NCBI GenBank assembly: GCA_963667785.2
Contig: CAXXMU010000008.1
Span: 32,001-96,000, forward strand
DNA: 64,000 bases
Source of the DNA: Alphaproteobacteria bacterium
GTDB lineage: Bacteria > Pseudomonadota > Alphaproteobacteria > UBA828
Reading direction: 5' to 3'
Positions 19,518-35,389 of the stretch are shown one piece after another. The notes under the pieces are model-generated. The model saw only the letters and a list, made by a program, of their open reading frames with translations. It did no database searches and had not been told where the DNA came from. The translations under genes and the position numbers were made by a program. Numbering within the stretch: position 1 is the first letter of the stretch; each line of letters opens with the position of its first letter.

Positions 19518-20540
19518 TCACGCGCCTGCCGATGACGCCACGTAGCCGTCCAATCGGCCGTGCAGGGCACGCTTCTCGTCGGCCGGCAGCCAGCTAGCCT
19601 CGAAGGCGTTGGCGACCAGGCGAACGACCTGGTCCCGGCTCAGGTCGGCCGCTTCCTGGGTCGCAACGAGGTTCTCGTTCATGTAGCCCCCGAAATACGC
19701 CGGATCGTCGGAGTTGACGGTCGCCCGCATGCCCATCTCCAGCATGCGCCGAATCTCCAGGGCCTTGAGGCTGCCGGTGACGCAGTCGTTGGAGATCGGG
19801 CAGACCGTGAGCGCCAGACCCCTCCGCACGATCTCGTTGCAGAGCTCCTCGTCCTCGAGCGCGTTGACGCCATGGTCGATTCGGTCGACCCCGATGTCGT
19901 CGAGAGTCTGCCGGATATGGCGGGTCGAGTTCTCCTGGTCCACGTCGCAGTGCATGGTCAGCCGGAAGCCCTCGGCGCGCGCCCGGGCGAACACCGCCTT
20001 GAACTTGATCGGCGGATTGTCCTTCTCGTCGGAGTCGAGCCCCACGCCCACGATCCACTCCCTGTACGGCAGGGACTGTTCCAGCGCCTCCGCCGCCGAG
20101 TCGGCGCTCATGTCTCGCAGGAAACACATGATGAGCTGGCTGCGGATGCCGAGCCGGCTCCGCGCATCCTCCTGCGCCCGGCGAATTCCGCAAATGACCG
20201 TGTCGTAGGCGATGCCGCGCGTGGTGTGCGCCTGGGGGTCGAAGAACATCTCGGCGTAGAGCACGTTCTGGGAATGCGCCTTGGTCAGGTAGGCGGTCGC
20301 GAGATCGTGGAAGTCCCGCTCGGTCACCAGGACGCTCATGCCTTCGTAGTAGGCCTCGAGGAACGACGGCAGATCGTCGAAGTCGTAGGCGGCCCGCATC
20401 TCCTCGACCGATCGGTACGGCAGCTCGATGCCGTTGCGCCGGGCGAGGTCGAACTTCAGCGCCGGCTCGAGCGTCCCCTCCACGTGCACGTGCAGCTCGG
20501 CCTTCGGCATTCCCTCGATGAAGCGTCTCATGTCCGTCAT
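19518..20540 (-). CDS. add: Adenine/adenosine deaminase
   Basis: PKAELHVHVEG, RIDHG, TVCPISN, TVNSDDPAYF. Confidence 0.9.
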   Translation of the reverse strand: MTDMRRFIEGMPKAELHVHVEGTLEPALKFDLARRNGIELPYRSVEEMRAAYDFDDLPSFLEAYYEGMSVLVTERDFHDLATAYLTKAHSQNVLYAEMFFDPQAHTTRGIAYDTVICGIRRAQEDARSRLGIRSQLIMCFLRDMSADSAAEALEQSLPYREWIVGVGLDSDEKDNPPIKFKAVFARARAEGFRLTMHCDVDQENSTRHIRQTLDDIGVDRIDHGVNALEDEELCNEIVRRGLALTVCPISNDCVTGSLKALEIRRMLEMGMRATVNSDDPAYFGGYMNENLVATQEAADLSRDQVVRLVANAFEASWLPADEKRALHGRLDGYVASSAGA

Positions 20541-20670
20541 GACTTCAGGCCCGTGGTTCGGAGTCCGGTATTGAGACGTCCGGCATGCGGGAAATCAACA
20601 GGCCGCCGCGTTGCGCGGGGTCCGAGCGGCGCGCCGAGCGACAATCCGGGCCGCGACTCGCCGGCGGCGA

Positions 20671-20698
20671 TTGCAACCGCCCGTCGGGTCACTATGCT
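20671..20698 (+). promoter_or_regulatory. Putative sigma70 promoter for the small ORF and puuD-like gene
   Basis: TTGCAA-N16-TATGCT. Confidence 0.45.
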
Positions 20699-20736
20699 AG
20701 TCACTTGCGATTCGTGATTGCAGGGGGGCACACGAC

Positions 20737-20829
20737 ATGACCAACCCGCTGACATCGCTCACCCAGACCGTGATCATGGGGGTCATCCTCACCGTGATCA
20801 TCGTCGCCATTCTCTACGGCATAAGCTGA
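20737..20829 (+). CDS. 30-aa single-TM small protein (MTNPLTSLTQTVIMGVILTVIIVAILYGIS), absent from the ORF track
   Basis: RBS AGGGGGG, GC3-rich codons, one hydrophobic helix; resembles the N-terminal helix of PuuD-like membrane proteins. Confidence 0.65.
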   Translation: MTNPLTSLTQTVIMGVILTVIIVAILYGIS

Positions 20830-20845
20830 CCGAGGGGGCGAGGCG

Positions 20846-21376
20846 ATGGATATTCCCTTAGTCGACTACGCTTGGTGGCAGTTCTTCTTCCGCTGGACCC
20901 ATGTCCTCGCGGGCGTGATGTGGATCGGGCTGCTCTGGTACTTCAACTTCGTCCAGATTCCGAACATGCCGAAGATCCCGGACGAGCAGAAGCCCGCGAT
21001 CGGCAAGGTGATCGCGCCGGCGGCGCTCTTCTGGTTCCGCTGGGCGGCGCTCTTCACGGTGGCGACCGGCATCGTGCTCGCGCTGATGAACGAGTACTTC
21101 TCCGATGCCATCACCTTCGGCATCCTCGGCGCCGCGACCGACGGGTACGTGCTGAGGCACTCCGCCATCGGCATCGGGATGTGGCTCGGCATCATCATGA
21201 TGGCGAACGTCTGGCTCATCATCTGGCCGAACCAGAAACGCGCGCTGGGAATCGTCGAGGTCGAAGCGGACCGCAAGGCGCGGTCTGCGCGCTATGCCAT
21301 GCTGGCGTCGCGCACCAACACGATGCTCTCCATCCCCATGCTTTACGCCATGGTCTCGGCGCAGAACGTCTACTGA
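20846..21376 (+). CDS. PuuD-like (urate oxidase N-terminal domain) membrane protein
   Basis: RWTHVLAGVMWIGLLWYFNFVQ, NVWLIIWPNQKR, SRTNTMLSIPML; no cytochrome c domain. Confidence 0.75.
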   Translation: MDIPLVDYAWWQFFFRWTHVLAGVMWIGLLWYFNFVQIPNMPKIPDEQKPAIGKVIAPAALFWFRWAALFTVATGIVLALMNEYFSDAITFGILGAATDGYVLRHSAIGIGMWLGIIMMANVWLIIWPNQKRALGIVEVEADRKARSARYAMLASRTNTMLSIPMLYAMVSAQNVY

Positions 21377-21395
21377 GGCCGCGAGTCGCGCTGCT

Positions 21396-21429
21396 CCATC
21401 CGCCGCCGGGTCTCTCCGGCGGCGGATGG
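21396..21429. terminator. Hairpin between convergent puuD-like gene and hpnE
   Basis: Perfect 14-bp stem CCATCCGCCGCCGG-N6-CCGGCGGCGGATGG. Confidence 0.55.
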
Positions 21430-21443
21430 GGCGCATCCTCCGA

Positions 21444-22715
21444 TCAGGGAGCCGCGAGCGCGCGGAGCGCGTGCCTTGCTGCGGTGACGCCGGAGCGGAC
21501 GGCGCCCTCGATCGTTGCGGGCAGTCCCGTCGCGGTCCAGTCGCCGGCGAGGAAGAGATTGCGCAGCGGGGTCTCGGCAGGAGGCCGCAGCGGCAGCGCC
21601 GAGGGGATCTGGGCGAAGGTCGCGCGCTTCTCCTTCACGATGCGGCAAGGCGGCGGGGCCGGCGGCCGGTAGTCGAGCGCGCTGGCGACGTCCGACCAGA
21701 TATCCCGGGCGATCTCGTCTGCCGGGCGGTCCGCGAGGTCGCCGGCGGCGCTGACCGTGACCGAGGCGATGTCGCCGCGGGCGAAGATCCACTGCGCCGT
21801 TCCGCCGATCACGCCGAGGATCATGCTGCCTCCCGGCATCGGCACCGGCCGGTCGAGGCGGAAGTGGGCGTTGACGATGGGCCGGGTCTCCAGCGGCGCC
21901 GGGATTTCGGGCAGGAGCTGGGCGCAGATCTGGGGCGTCACCGCGAGCACCGCAATATCGCCGGCCTCGAACGCGGCGCCATCGCCGGCGCCGGCGATAT
22001 CGAGACCCGTCACCCGGCGTTCGTCGTGAGCGATGGAGCGGAGCCGGCGGTTGAGGTTCACGCGCCCGCGCCCGCGCTCGATGTAGCGCAGCGCCGGCGC
22101 CACCAGGTCGGGGCCGAGTCCGTTCCGGGTGAGATAGGCGCGGCAGGCCGCCTCGCCCCGGCCGAAGGTGAGGCGCAGCACCGGCCAGAGCAGGCTGGCG
22201 GCGGCCTCGTCGGGCGCGGCATTGAGGACCGCCACGGTGAACGGCTCCCACAACCGTTCCAGCAGCGGGCCGCTGCCGCGGAGCCGGCCGGCGGCGGTGT
22301 CACCGGGCCGGGCGCGCGCCAGCGCGAGGCCGGCCAGGTAGTGCCGCACGCGGCTGCCGGGCACGCGGCGCCCCGGCGCCACGATCCACCAGGGCACGGG
22401 CCCGGCATTGGGGCGCACCGTCCAGCGCTCGCCCGAGCGCAGGTCGACGAAGGGAAAGCACGCACGTGCCTGCCCCACGAGACCGTCGCGCGCGCCGATC
22501 GTCTCCAGGTAGGTGAAGACTGCGGGATTGGCGCCCAGGATCAGGTGGTTGCCATTGTCGATTGTCCGGTCCAGGGTGGCGTCGTGGAACGAGCGGCAGC
22601 GCCCGCCGGCCTGGGCCGCCGCTTCCCAGAGGACAACGCGCTGCCCCGCCTTCACCAGCTCGACGGCGCAGGAAAGCCCGGCGATGCCGGCGCCGATCAC
22701 GTGAACGGTCGCCAT
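21444..22715 (-). CDS. hpnE: Squalene-associated FAD-dependent oxidoreductase (hydroxysqualene dehydroxylase)
   Basis: GAGIAGLS, GGRCRS, IDNGNHLILGAN, LAGDWTATGLPATIEGAVRSG. Confidence 0.85.
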   Translation of the reverse strand: MATVHVIGAGIAGLSCAVELVKAGQRVVLWEAAAQAGGRCRSFHDATLDRTIDNGNHLILGANPAVFTYLETIGARDGLVGQARACFPFVDLRSGERWTVRPNAGPVPWWIVAPGRRVPGSRVRHYLAGLALARARPGDTAAGRLRGSGPLLERLWEPFTVAVLNAAPDEAAASLLWPVLRLTFGRGEAACRAYLTRNGLGPDLVAPALRYIERGRGRVNLNRRLRSIAHDERRVTGLDIAGAGDGAAFEAGDIAVLAVTPQICAQLLPEIPAPLETRPIVNAHFRLDRPVPMPGGSMILGVIGGTAQWIFARGDIASVTVSAAGDLADRPADEIARDIWSDVASALDYRPPAPPPCRIVKEKRATFAQIPSALPLRPPAETPLRNLFLAGDWTATGLPATIEGAVRSGVTAARHALRALAAP

Positions 22716-22812
22716 GCTCCCTCGCATCCCTCCCGGCGGCCCCCTGGGTGCGTCCATGTATAGGGGAGGGGCGGCCGCTGGCAAACGCGCGGTAGCGCCG
22801 GAAGGCGTCTGA

Positions 22813-23658
22813 ATGGCTCCGCCTCTCTCGCCCGTCGGTGTGCTCGCGCGCGCGGCCGACTACGACCGCTATCTCTCCGCCCTGTTCGTGCCTGCCGGTC
22901 GGCGCGAGGCGCTGTTCGCGCTGATCGCCTTCAACCACGAGATCGCGCGCATTCCCGAGGCGGTGAGCGAGCCGATGCTGGGGCGCATCCGGCTGCAGTG
23001 GTGGCGCGAGACCTTGGAGGCGATCCACGCCGGCGAGGCGCCCCGCCGCCACGAGGTGGCGCTGCCGTTGGCAGACGCGATCCGCGCGCACGGCCTCGAC
23101 CGCGACGCCTTCGACCGCCTGCTGGATGCGCGGGAAGCGGACCTGGAGCCAGATGTCCCTCCTGATCTGGCGGCGCTGGAGCGCTACGCTGCCGCCAGCG
23201 GCGGCGCGCTGACGACGCTCATGCTGCAGGCGTGCGGCGTAACCGCCGCGCCGGCGCTTGAGGCCGGCTGCCAGGTGGGCACCGCCTGGGCGCTGGTCGG
23301 CACGCTCCGTGCCGCCCCCCGCGCCGCGGCCCGGGGTCGCTGCATGCTGCCGGCGGCGCTGCTGGCCGATGCGGGAATCGACGTGGAGGACGTGCTGGCG
23401 GGCCGGGCGTTCGGGCGCCTCGCCGGAGTCGCCGAGCCGGTGGGGCGTCGCGCCGAAGGCCTGCTCGGCGCGGCACGACAGGCGCGGCGCGCGGTGCCCA
23501 GGCGGGGCCGCGGGCCGCTCCTGATCGCGCGGCTTGCCGATCTCTACCTCGCCCGGCTGCGGTCCGCCGCCTGGGAGCCGCGCGATCCGCGCCTCGGCGC
23601 AAGCCTGCTCCGCAAGCAGACCGCGATGCTGGCGGGCGCACTGACGGGTCGCTACTAG
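22813..23658 (+). CDS. Phytoene/squalene synthase-like protein (NDUFAF6 homolog)
   Basis: DYDRYLSALF, AFNHEIARI...EPMLGRIRLQWWRE; lacks DDxxD motifs. Confidence 0.85.
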   Translation: MAPPLSPVGVLARAADYDRYLSALFVPAGRREALFALIAFNHEIARIPEAVSEPMLGRIRLQWWRETLEAIHAGEAPRRHEVALPLADAIRAHGLDRDAFDRLLDAREADLEPDVPPDLAALERYAAASGGALTTLMLQACGVTAAPALEAGCQVGTAWALVGTLRAAPRAAARGRCMLPAALLADAGIDVEDVLAGRAFGRLAGVAEPVGRRAEGLLGAARQARRAVPRRGRGPLLIARLADLYLARLRSAAWEPRDPRLGASLLRKQTAMLAGALTGRY

Positions 23659-23695
23659 CCGGCGGTTGGGAGCGGCTCACGCCTCCGCCCGGCGC

Positions 23696-25051
23696 TCACG
23701 CAGCCGCGGCGCGATCGCCTTCCAGCCAGCGGCCGAGATCAGCGCGGGCGCGCGCGACCATCGCGGCCTTGCGCGCCCGCTTGGGTAGCCGGCCGGCGAC
23801 GGGCGGGAACAGGCCGAAGTTCACGTTCATCGGCTGGAAGGTGCTGCCCGCGCCGAGATGCCCGCCGGTGATGTGGCTCAGCAGGGCGCCGAATGCCGTG
23901 GTCGCGGGCGGCGGGCAGGCATCGGCGTCCGCGCGCTCCGACGCGGCGAAGCGGCCCGCGAGCAGGCCGATGGCCGCGCTCTCGACATAGCCCTCGACGC
24001 CGGTGATCTGGCCGGCGAAGCGGAGGTGCGGCGCCCGGCGCAGCCTGAGCTCGTCGTCCAGCAACGCCGGACTGTTGATGAAGGTGTTGCGGTGAATGCC
24101 GCCGAGCCGCGCGAAGCGCGCCCCCTCGAGCCCCGGTATGAGGCGGAACACCCGCCTCTGGTCGCCGTGGGTGAGCTTGGTCTGGAAGCCCACCATGTTG
24201 AAGAGGGTGCCGAGCGCGTTGTCCTGGCGGAGCTGGACCACGGCATAGGCGCGGGCGCCGGTGGCGGGGTCGGTCAGGCCCACGGGCTTCATCGGGCCGA
24301 AGCGCAGCGTCTCGCGCCCGCGCCCGGCCATCACCTCGATGGGCAGGCAGCCTTCGAAGTAGGGGGTGTCGCGCTCCCAGTCCCTGAAGGGGATCGTGTC
24401 GGCGGCAAGCAGCGCATCGATGAAGGTGTCGTAGCGCGCGTGGTCGAGCGGGCAGTTGATGTAGGCGGCGCGGTCGCCGCCCGGCCCCTCCTTGTCGTAG
24501 CGGGACTGGAACCAGGCGCGGCCGAAATCGATGCTGTCGCGATGGACGATCGGCGCGAGCGCGTCGAAGAAGGCGAGGTGATCCTCGCCGGTGGTCGCGA
24601 GGATGGCCTGGCTGAGCGCCGGCGCGGTGAGGGGGCCGGTGGCGACGATGGCGGGGCCGGCAGCCGCATCGGGCAGGCCGGACACTTCCTCCCGGCGCAC
24701 GCGGATGGCGGGCTCCTCCTCGATCGCCTGCTGGACGGCGTCTGCGAAGCCCGTGCGGTCCACCGCCAGCGCCTGGCCCGCGGGCACCTTGTTGCGGTCG
24801 GCCGCCGCCATGACGAGCGAGTTCGCGCGCCGCATCTCCTCGTGCAGGAGCCCGACGGCGTTGGTCTCGGCGTCGTCGGAGCGGAACGAGTTGGAGCACA
24901 CCAGCTCGGCCAGCCGGTCGCTGACATGCGCCTCGGTGGCGCGCGCGGGCCGCATCTCCCAGAGCTCGACCGGCGCGCCCTGGCGCGCGATCTGCCATGC
25001 CGCCTCGCAGCCGGCCAGTCCGCCGCCGATGATCCGGATCGGCCCCGCCAC
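23696..25051 (-). CDS. trmFO: Folate/FAD-dependent tRNA (uracil-5-)-methyltransferase
   Basis: [40 protein letters not shown]. Confidence 0.96.
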   Translation of the reverse strand: MAGPIRIIGGGLAGCEAAWQIARQGAPVELWEMRPARATEAHVSDRLAELVCSNSFRSDDAETNAVGLLHEEMRRANSLVMAAADRNKVPAGQALAVDRTGFADAVQQAIEEEPAIRVRREEVSGLPDAAAGPAIVATGPLTAPALSQAILATTGEDHLAFFDALAPIVHRDSIDFGRAWFQSRYDKEGPGGDRAAYINCPLDHARYDTFIDALLAADTIPFRDWERDTPYFEGCLPIEVMAGRGRETLRFGPMKPVGLTDPATGARAYAVVQLRQDNALGTLFNMVGFQTKLTHGDQRRVFRLIPGLEGARFARLGGIHRNTFINSPALLDDELRLRRAPHLRFAGQITGVEGYVESAAIGLLAGRFAASERADADACPPPATTAFGALLSHITGGHLGAGSTFQPMNVNFGLFPPVAGRLPKRARKAAMVARARADLGRWLEGDRAAAA

Positions 25052-25081
25052 CCGTGCGCTCTCCGTCGCCCGCCGCCGGTC

Positions 25082-27973
<2,892 letters not shown>

Positions 27974-28131
27974 GGGCGCGGTCGGAACGGCTCGGGGATA
28001 GGAACCGGACTATAGGCACTTCCCCCGGCGAAGGCGAGCACCGCTGGCGCGCGGCGCGCCGGTTTGAGGCGGGCCGGGGGATCGGCTACAAACCGTTGGC
28101 AACGGCTGCATGCGAGGCGGGAGTTCGGGCG

Positions 28132-28590
28132 ATGGCGGGAAGCGTCAACAAGGTCATTTTGGTCGGCAATCTGGGGCGCGATCCGGAGACCCGGCAGACC
28201 CAGGACGGCAGGCCGATCGTCAACTTCACGGTCGCCACCAACGAGACCTGGAAGGACCGCCAGACCGGCGAACGCCGCGAGCGTGTCGAGTGGCACCGCG
28301 TCGTGATCTTCAACGAGCACCTCGCCGACATCGCGCAGCGCTATCTGCACAAGGGCTCCAAGGTCTATCTCGAAGGCCAGTTGCAGACCCGCAAGTGGAC
28401 CGACCAGTCGGGGCAGGAGCGCTACACCACCGAGGTGGTGATCCAGCGCTTCCGGGGCGAGCTCACCATGCTCGACAGCCGCGCCGACGGCGGCGGCGGT
28501 GGCGGGCGCGACTACGGCGCTGCGTCGGCGGACCGCGGCGCACCTGCGGCCGGGTCTTCCAGCGACCTCGACGACGACATCCCGTTCTAG
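28132..28590 (+). CDS. ssb: Single-stranded DNA-binding protein
   Basis: [15 protein letters not shown]...DDDIPF; divergent from uvrA. Confidence 0.97.
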   Translation: MAGSVNKVILVGNLGRDPETRQTQDGRPIVNFTVATNETWKDRQTGERRERVEWHRVVIFNEHLADIAQRYLHKGSKVYLEGQLQTRKWTDQSGQERYTTEVVIQRFRGELTMLDSRADGGGGGGRDYGAASADRGAPAAGSSSDLDDDIPF

Positions 28591-28823
28591 ATAGAGTCGT
28601 CGCGCCGGCAGGGCGACGGCGCCGCCACGTCACCGGAATCCCATGATGAGGCGGCGCGTCACATTTACATTTGCGTAATTCGTATTATCTGGACTCGATC
28701 AAGATAGACATCGCACGCGGTCGAATTCGAACGGCCGCAGACCACCGGACAATGGACGGGCGATCGCCACGGCGCGGAAGCGCACGCCGCCGACCCGGCG
28801 GACGGCGGGCCAAGGGGCAGAGG

Positions 28824-29849
28824 ATGAGCAGGACGGGGAAAGACCTGATCGTGAGCGCGGTGGCGGGCATCGCCATCGTGGCGGTGTTCGCAAGCTTCGA
28901 CCTGGTGGAGAGCCTGTTCGAGGCCACGCGAGAGCACGAGGACTGGGACCTGGACGAAATCATCGCCTGCATCCCGGCACTCGCCATCGTGGCGACGTGG
29001 TTTTCCCTGCGGCGCTGGCGCGAGGTCGCGGAGCTGAACAGGACCCTGAAGCGACAGGCCGGCGAACTCGCCGACGCGCTGGAGCAGCGCCAGGCCATGG
29101 AGGAGCAGCTTCGCGAGGGATACAAGGTCGCGGCCATGGGGACTCTCGGTCGCGGCTTCGCCGGCGAGCTTCGACGCGCGCTCGAGCCGATCGAACGGCT
29201 CTCCGGGGAAGGACTGGACCGGACCACTCTGGACGCGGACGAGAAGACCCGACTGGAGCGGATCTCGGACGCGGCGAAGGGAGGGCTCACGATCGTCGGT
29301 CGAATGCTCGCGTTCGGCGACGGCGGCATGCGCGTGAAGGAGGAGATCGTCGCCGCCGACGGGATGCTGGAGAGCCTCTCGCGTGCCAGGGCGGAAATCG
29401 ATACGTCCCTCGAAGTCGCGTACCGCGCGAACGACGACGCGTCCCGAATCCGCGTCAACCGCTGGGAGCTTCACGAGGTCGCAGCACAGATCGTCGCCAA
29501 CGCCGCCGACGCGATGGGCCCGGGCGGGCGGATAGAGGTCACCGTCGACCGTGCGACGATCGACGCGTACGGGGCAACCGCGCGCGGCCTGGCTGCCGGC
29601 GATTATGTGCGGGTCACGGTGCGAGACGACGGGCCGGGGATACCGTCCGGGCTCCAGAGCCACGTGTTCGAGCCCTTCTTCACGACCAAGGGAGCGGGGG
29701 ACGGCAAGGGCCTCGGCCTCGCCATCGCCTACAGCCTGATCCGCGGATGGAACGGCGATCTGTCGGTGGAGTCCGAACCGGGAGAGGGCGCAACGTTCGA
29801 GATCCTGATCCCGGCCAGAGACGCGAGCGGAGACCGAAGCGGCGGCTGA
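28824..29849 (+). CDS. Membrane histidine-kinase-like protein lacking the phospho-acceptor His
   Basis: Two TM segments, coiled coil, degenerate H-box (GFAGELRRAL), intact N, G1, F and G2 boxes. Confidence 0.85.
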   Translation: MSRTGKDLIVSAVAGIAIVAVFASFDLVESLFEATREHEDWDLDEIIACIPALAIVATWFSLRRWREVAELNRTLKRQAGELADALEQRQAMEEQLREGYKVAAMGTLGRGFAGELRRALEPIERLSGEGLDRTTLDADEKTRLERISDAAKGGLTIVGRMLAFGDGGMRVKEEIVAADGMLESLSRARAEIDTSLEVAYRANDDASRIRVNRWELHEVAAQIVANAADAMGPGGRIEVTVDRATIDAYGATARGLAAGDYVRVTVRDDGPGIPSGLQSHVFEPFFTTKGAGDGKGLGLAIAYSLIRGWNGDLSVESEPGEGATFEILIPARDASGDRSGG

Positions 29850-30007
29850 ATGGGACCGCTCGCCGCCGTCCGCAACGGGGCCGAAGGCACCGCATTTCGC
29901 GGCCAGCAACATTGTGGACGGGCGTCGTTTCCTGTAGTCTCGGGCGGGTGAGGATCGAGTCGCGTCGCGCGACCTAATCCCCTGAACCCAAACAATCTTT
30001 TCGGTCA

Positions 30008-32737
30008 TTGGTGACAGAGACACCGTCCTCCGCGCCACTCCGCGAGCCGCCCGGCGGCCCGCCCTCGACCCCGCCCGTCGCCATCGAGGAGGAGATGAAA
30101 CGCTCCTACCTCGACTATGCGATGAGCGTGATCGTCAGCCGCGCGCTGCCCGACGTGCGCGACGGGCTGAAGCCTGTGCATCGCCGCATCCTCCATTCGA
30201 TGCACGAGAACGGCTATGACTGGAACAAGCCCTACCGCAAGTCGGCCCGCGTGGTCGGCGACGTCATGGGCAAGTATCACCCCCACGGCGACGCCGCCAT
30301 CTACGACGCCATGGTGCGCATGGCGCAGGAGTTCTCCATGCGCCTGCCGCTGCTCGACGGGCAGGGCAACTTCGGCTCCATGGACGGCGACCCGCCGGCG
30401 GCGATGCGCTACACCGAGGTCCGCCTCGGCGAGCCGGCGCATGCGCTGCTCGCCGATATCGACAAGGAGACGGTCGACTTCCAGGCCAACTACGACGAAT
30501 CGGCGCACGAGCCCGTGGTGCTGCCGGCGGCCTTCCCGAACCTGCTCGTCAACGGCGCCGGCGGCATCGCGGTGGGCATGGCGACCAACATCCCGCCCCA
30601 CAATCTAGGCGAGGTCGTCGACGCGGCCTGCGCCTGTCTCGACGACCCGGAGATCACGGTCGACGCCCTGATGGAGCACGTTCCGGGGCCGGACTTCCCG
30701 ACCGGCGCCACGGTCATCGGTGCCGCCGGCATCCGTCAGGCCTATCACACGGGGCGCGGCTCCGTGATCATGCGCGGCCGCACCAGCTTCGAGCCGAGCG
30801 ACGACGACCCCAAGAGGATCGTCGTGGAGGAGATCCCGTATCAGGTCAACAAGGCCCGGATGATCGAGCGCATCGCCGCGCTCGTGAACGAGCGCCGCAT
30901 CGAGGGGATCGCCGACCTTCGCGACGAATCGGACCGCGACGGCGTGCGCGTGGTCATCGAGCTCAAGCGCGGCGCGATGGCCGAGGTGGTGCGCAACCAG
31001 CTCTATCGCTACTCGCCGCTGCAGACCAGCTTCGGCGTGAACATGCTGGCGCTGCGTGGCGGCCGGCCCGAGCTGCTGACGCTGAAGGACATCATCGCGG
31101 CGTTCATCGACTTCCGCGAGGAGGTCGTCACCAGGCGCACGACCCATCAGCTCGCCCAGGCGCGGACGCGCGCGCACGCGCTCGCCGGCCTCGCCATCGC
31201 CGTCGCCAACATCGACGAGATCATCGCGCTGATCCGCAAGGCGAAGGACCCGGCCGAGGCCCGTGCCGCCCTCACCGGCAGGGATTGGCCGGTCAAGGAC
31301 GCGGGCCCGCTGATCGCGCTGATCGCCGACCCCAGGCAGCAGGTGAGCGAGGGGGCCTCGGGCGGCACCTGCCGCCTCACCGACGAGCAGGCGCGGGCGA
31401 TCCTGGAGCTGCGCCTGCAGCGGCTCACCGCCATGGAGCGCGACAAGATCGCCGACGAGCTCTCGGGCATCGTCGAGCAGATCAAGGACTACATCGACAT
31501 CCTGCGGAACCGGGACCGGCTGCGGGCCGTGCTGCGGGACGAGCTCGTCGCGACCCGCGACAAGTTCGCCGACGAGCGGCGGACCGAGCTGCAGCCGATC
31601 GAGTTCGAGCACGATGTCGAGGACCTGATCCAGCGCGAGGAGATGGTGGTCACGCTCAGTCACCGCGGCTACGTCAAGCGGGTGCCGCTGTCGACCTATC
31701 GGGCGCAGCGGCGCGGCGGCAAGGGGCGGGCCGGCATGAGCACCCGCAACGAGGACTTCGTCTCGCAGGTCTTCGTCGTCAACACCCACACGCCGGTGCT
31801 GTTCTTCTCGACCGCCGGCAAGGTCTACAAGCTCAAGGTCTATCGCCTGCCTCAGCTCGCGCCGCAGGCGCTGGGCAAGGCGCTGGTCAACCTGCTGCCG
31901 CTGGCAGACGGCGAGACCATATCGACCATCCTGCCGATGCCGGAGGACGAGGACGACTGGGCCAAGCACCAGCTCATGTTCGCGACCGCGTCGGGCTCGG
32001 TGCGGCGCAACAGCGCGAGCGACTTCGCGAACGTGCCGTCCGCCGGCAAGATCGCCATGAAGCTCGGCGACGACGACCGCATCATCGGCGTGCAGACCTG
32101 CAGGGACGAAGACGACGTCCTGCTGGCCGCCCGCGGCGGCAAGTGCATCCGCTTCGCCGCCGCCGACGTGCGCCTGTTCCGGGGCCGCAGTTCGTCAGGC
32201 GTGCGCGGGATGGAGCTTGCCGAGGGCGACCGGGTGATCTCGATGAGCGTGCTCGCACACGGCGACCCCTCCGCCGAGGAACGTGACGCCTATTTCCGGC
32301 GCAAGCGCGAGGGGGCGTCGCCCAAGCTCGCGAAAGAGCGCCGCGCGGCGCTCGCCGCTCAGGAGCAATTCCTGCTTACGGTGCGCAACGACGGCTTCGG
32401 CAAGCGCACCTCCAGCCACGACTATCGCCTGACCCGGCGCGGCGGCAAGGGTATCATCAACATGGTTACCGGCACCGGAAAGAACGGAGAGACCGAGGTG
32501 GTCGCCACCTTCCCCGTGGCGGAGCAAGACGAGATCATGCTCGTGACCGACGGGGGGCAGCTCATTCGCTGCCCGATCAAGGGCATCAGGAAGACGGGCA
32601 GGGACACCCGCGGCGTGACCATCTTCCGCCTGGGCAAGGGCGAGCGGGTGGTGTCGGTGGCGCGGCTTGCCGACGTCAACGGCAATGGTGCGGCCGGCGA
32701 GAGGGCGGCGAACGTCGGGGCGGCGCAGGATGGTTGA
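30008..32737 (+). CDS. gyrA: DNA gyrase subunit A
   Basis: [30 protein letters not shown], GyrA-box QRRGGKG. Confidence 0.97.
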   Translation: MVTETPSSAPLREPPGGPPSTPPVAIEEEMKRSYLDYAMSVIVSRALPDVRDGLKPVHRRILHSMHENGYDWNKPYRKSARVVGDVMGKYHPHGDAAIYDAMVRMAQEFSMRLPLLDGQGNFGSMDGDPPAAMRYTEVRLGEPAHALLADIDKETVDFQANYDESAHEPVVLPAAFPNLLVNGAGGIAVGMATNIPPHNLGEVVDAACACLDDPEITVDALMEHVPGPDFPTGATVIGAAGIRQAYHTGRGSVIMRGRTSFEPSDDDPKRIVVEEIPYQVNKARMIERIAALVNERRIEGIADLRDESDRDGVRVVIELKRGAMAEVVRNQLYRYSPLQTSFGVNMLALRGGRPELLTLKDIIAAFIDFREEVVTRRTTHQLAQARTRAHALAGLAIAVANIDEIIALIRKAKDPAEARAALTGRDWPVKDAGPLIALIADPRQQVSEGASGGTCRLTDEQARAILELRLQRLTAMERDKIADELSGIVEQIKDYIDILRNRDRLRAVLRDELVATRDKFADERRTELQPIEFEHDVEDLIQREEMVVTLSHRGYVKRVPLSTYRAQRRGGKGRAGMSTRNEDFVSQVFVVNTHTPVLFFSTAGKVYKLKVYRLPQLAPQALGKALVNLLPLADGETISTILPMPEDEDDWAKHQLMFATASGSVRRNSASDFANVPSAGKIAMKLGDDDRIIGVQTCRDEDDVLLAARGGKCIRFAAADVRLFRGRSSSGVRGMELAEGDRVISMSVLAHGDPSAEERDAYFRRKREGASPKLAKERRAALAAQEQFLLTVRNDGFGKRTSSHDYRLTRRGGKGIINMVTGTGKNGETEVVATFPVAEQDEIMLVTDGGQLIRCPIKGIRKTGRDTRGVTIFRLGKGERVVSVARLADVNGNGAAGERAANVGAAQDG

Positions 32738-33236
32738 GCGGGTAGGCCTCTATCCGGGAACCTTCGACCCGATCACGACGGGCCACCAGGACATCATCCG
32801 GCGCGCGCTCAGGGTGGTGGACCGGCTGGTCGTGGCGGTCGCCGTCAACGCCGGCAAGGGCCCGCTGTTCGACGTCGACGAGAGGGTGGCGCTGACCGCC
32901 CAGGATCTCGCCGCCCTCGGGCTCGTCCCGCCGCAGCTCGAGGTCCGGCCCTTCGACACCCTCCTCATGCAATTCGTCCACGAGGTCGGGGCCACGGTCA
33001 TCGTGCGGGGGCTCCGGGCGGTTTCCGACTTCGAGTACGAGTTCCAGATGGCGGGCATGAACGCGCGCCTCGATCAGGAGGTGGAGACCGTGTTCCTGAT
33101 GGCGTCGGAGCGCCATCACTTCATCGCCTCGAAGCTGGTGAAGGAGATCGCCTCCCTCGGCGGCGACGTGTCGAGCTTCGTCTCCCCGCTCGTTGCCAGC
33201 CGCCTCGCCGAGCGGTTCGGGACGGCGCCATCCTGA
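32730..33236 (+). CDS. coaD: Phosphopantetheine adenylyltransferase
   Basis: [24 protein letters not shown]. Confidence 0.96.
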   Translation: MVERVGLYPGTFDPITTGHQDIIRRALRVVDRLVVAVAVNAGKGPLFDVDERVALTAQDLAALGLVPPQLEVRPFDTLLMQFVHEVGATVIVRGLRAVSDFEYEFQMAGMNARLDQEVETVFLMASERHHFIASKLVKEIASLGGDVSSFVSPLVASRLAERFGTAPS

Positions 33237-33260
33237 GGCCTGCGGCGCCGGCTTTCATCG

Positions 33261-35374
<2,114 letters not shown>

Positions 35375-35389
35375 CGGTCCACCCGAGGC

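Noticed and set aside
22813-23658. Calling this gene hpnC/hpnD/crtB because it is next to hpnE
   Set aside because: It lacks DDxxD motifs and matches the NDUFAF6-like pattern normally found near secF and trmFO
27985-28005. Possible LexA box between uvrA and ssb
   Set aside because: The GAAC repeats are 13 nt apart, not the 7 nt of the alphaproteobacterial GTTC-N7-GTTC box
30278-30310. GyrA with Ala at the Ser83-equivalent position (HGDAAIYD)
   Set aside because: A common natural state in alphaproteobacteria, not evidence of acquired resistance
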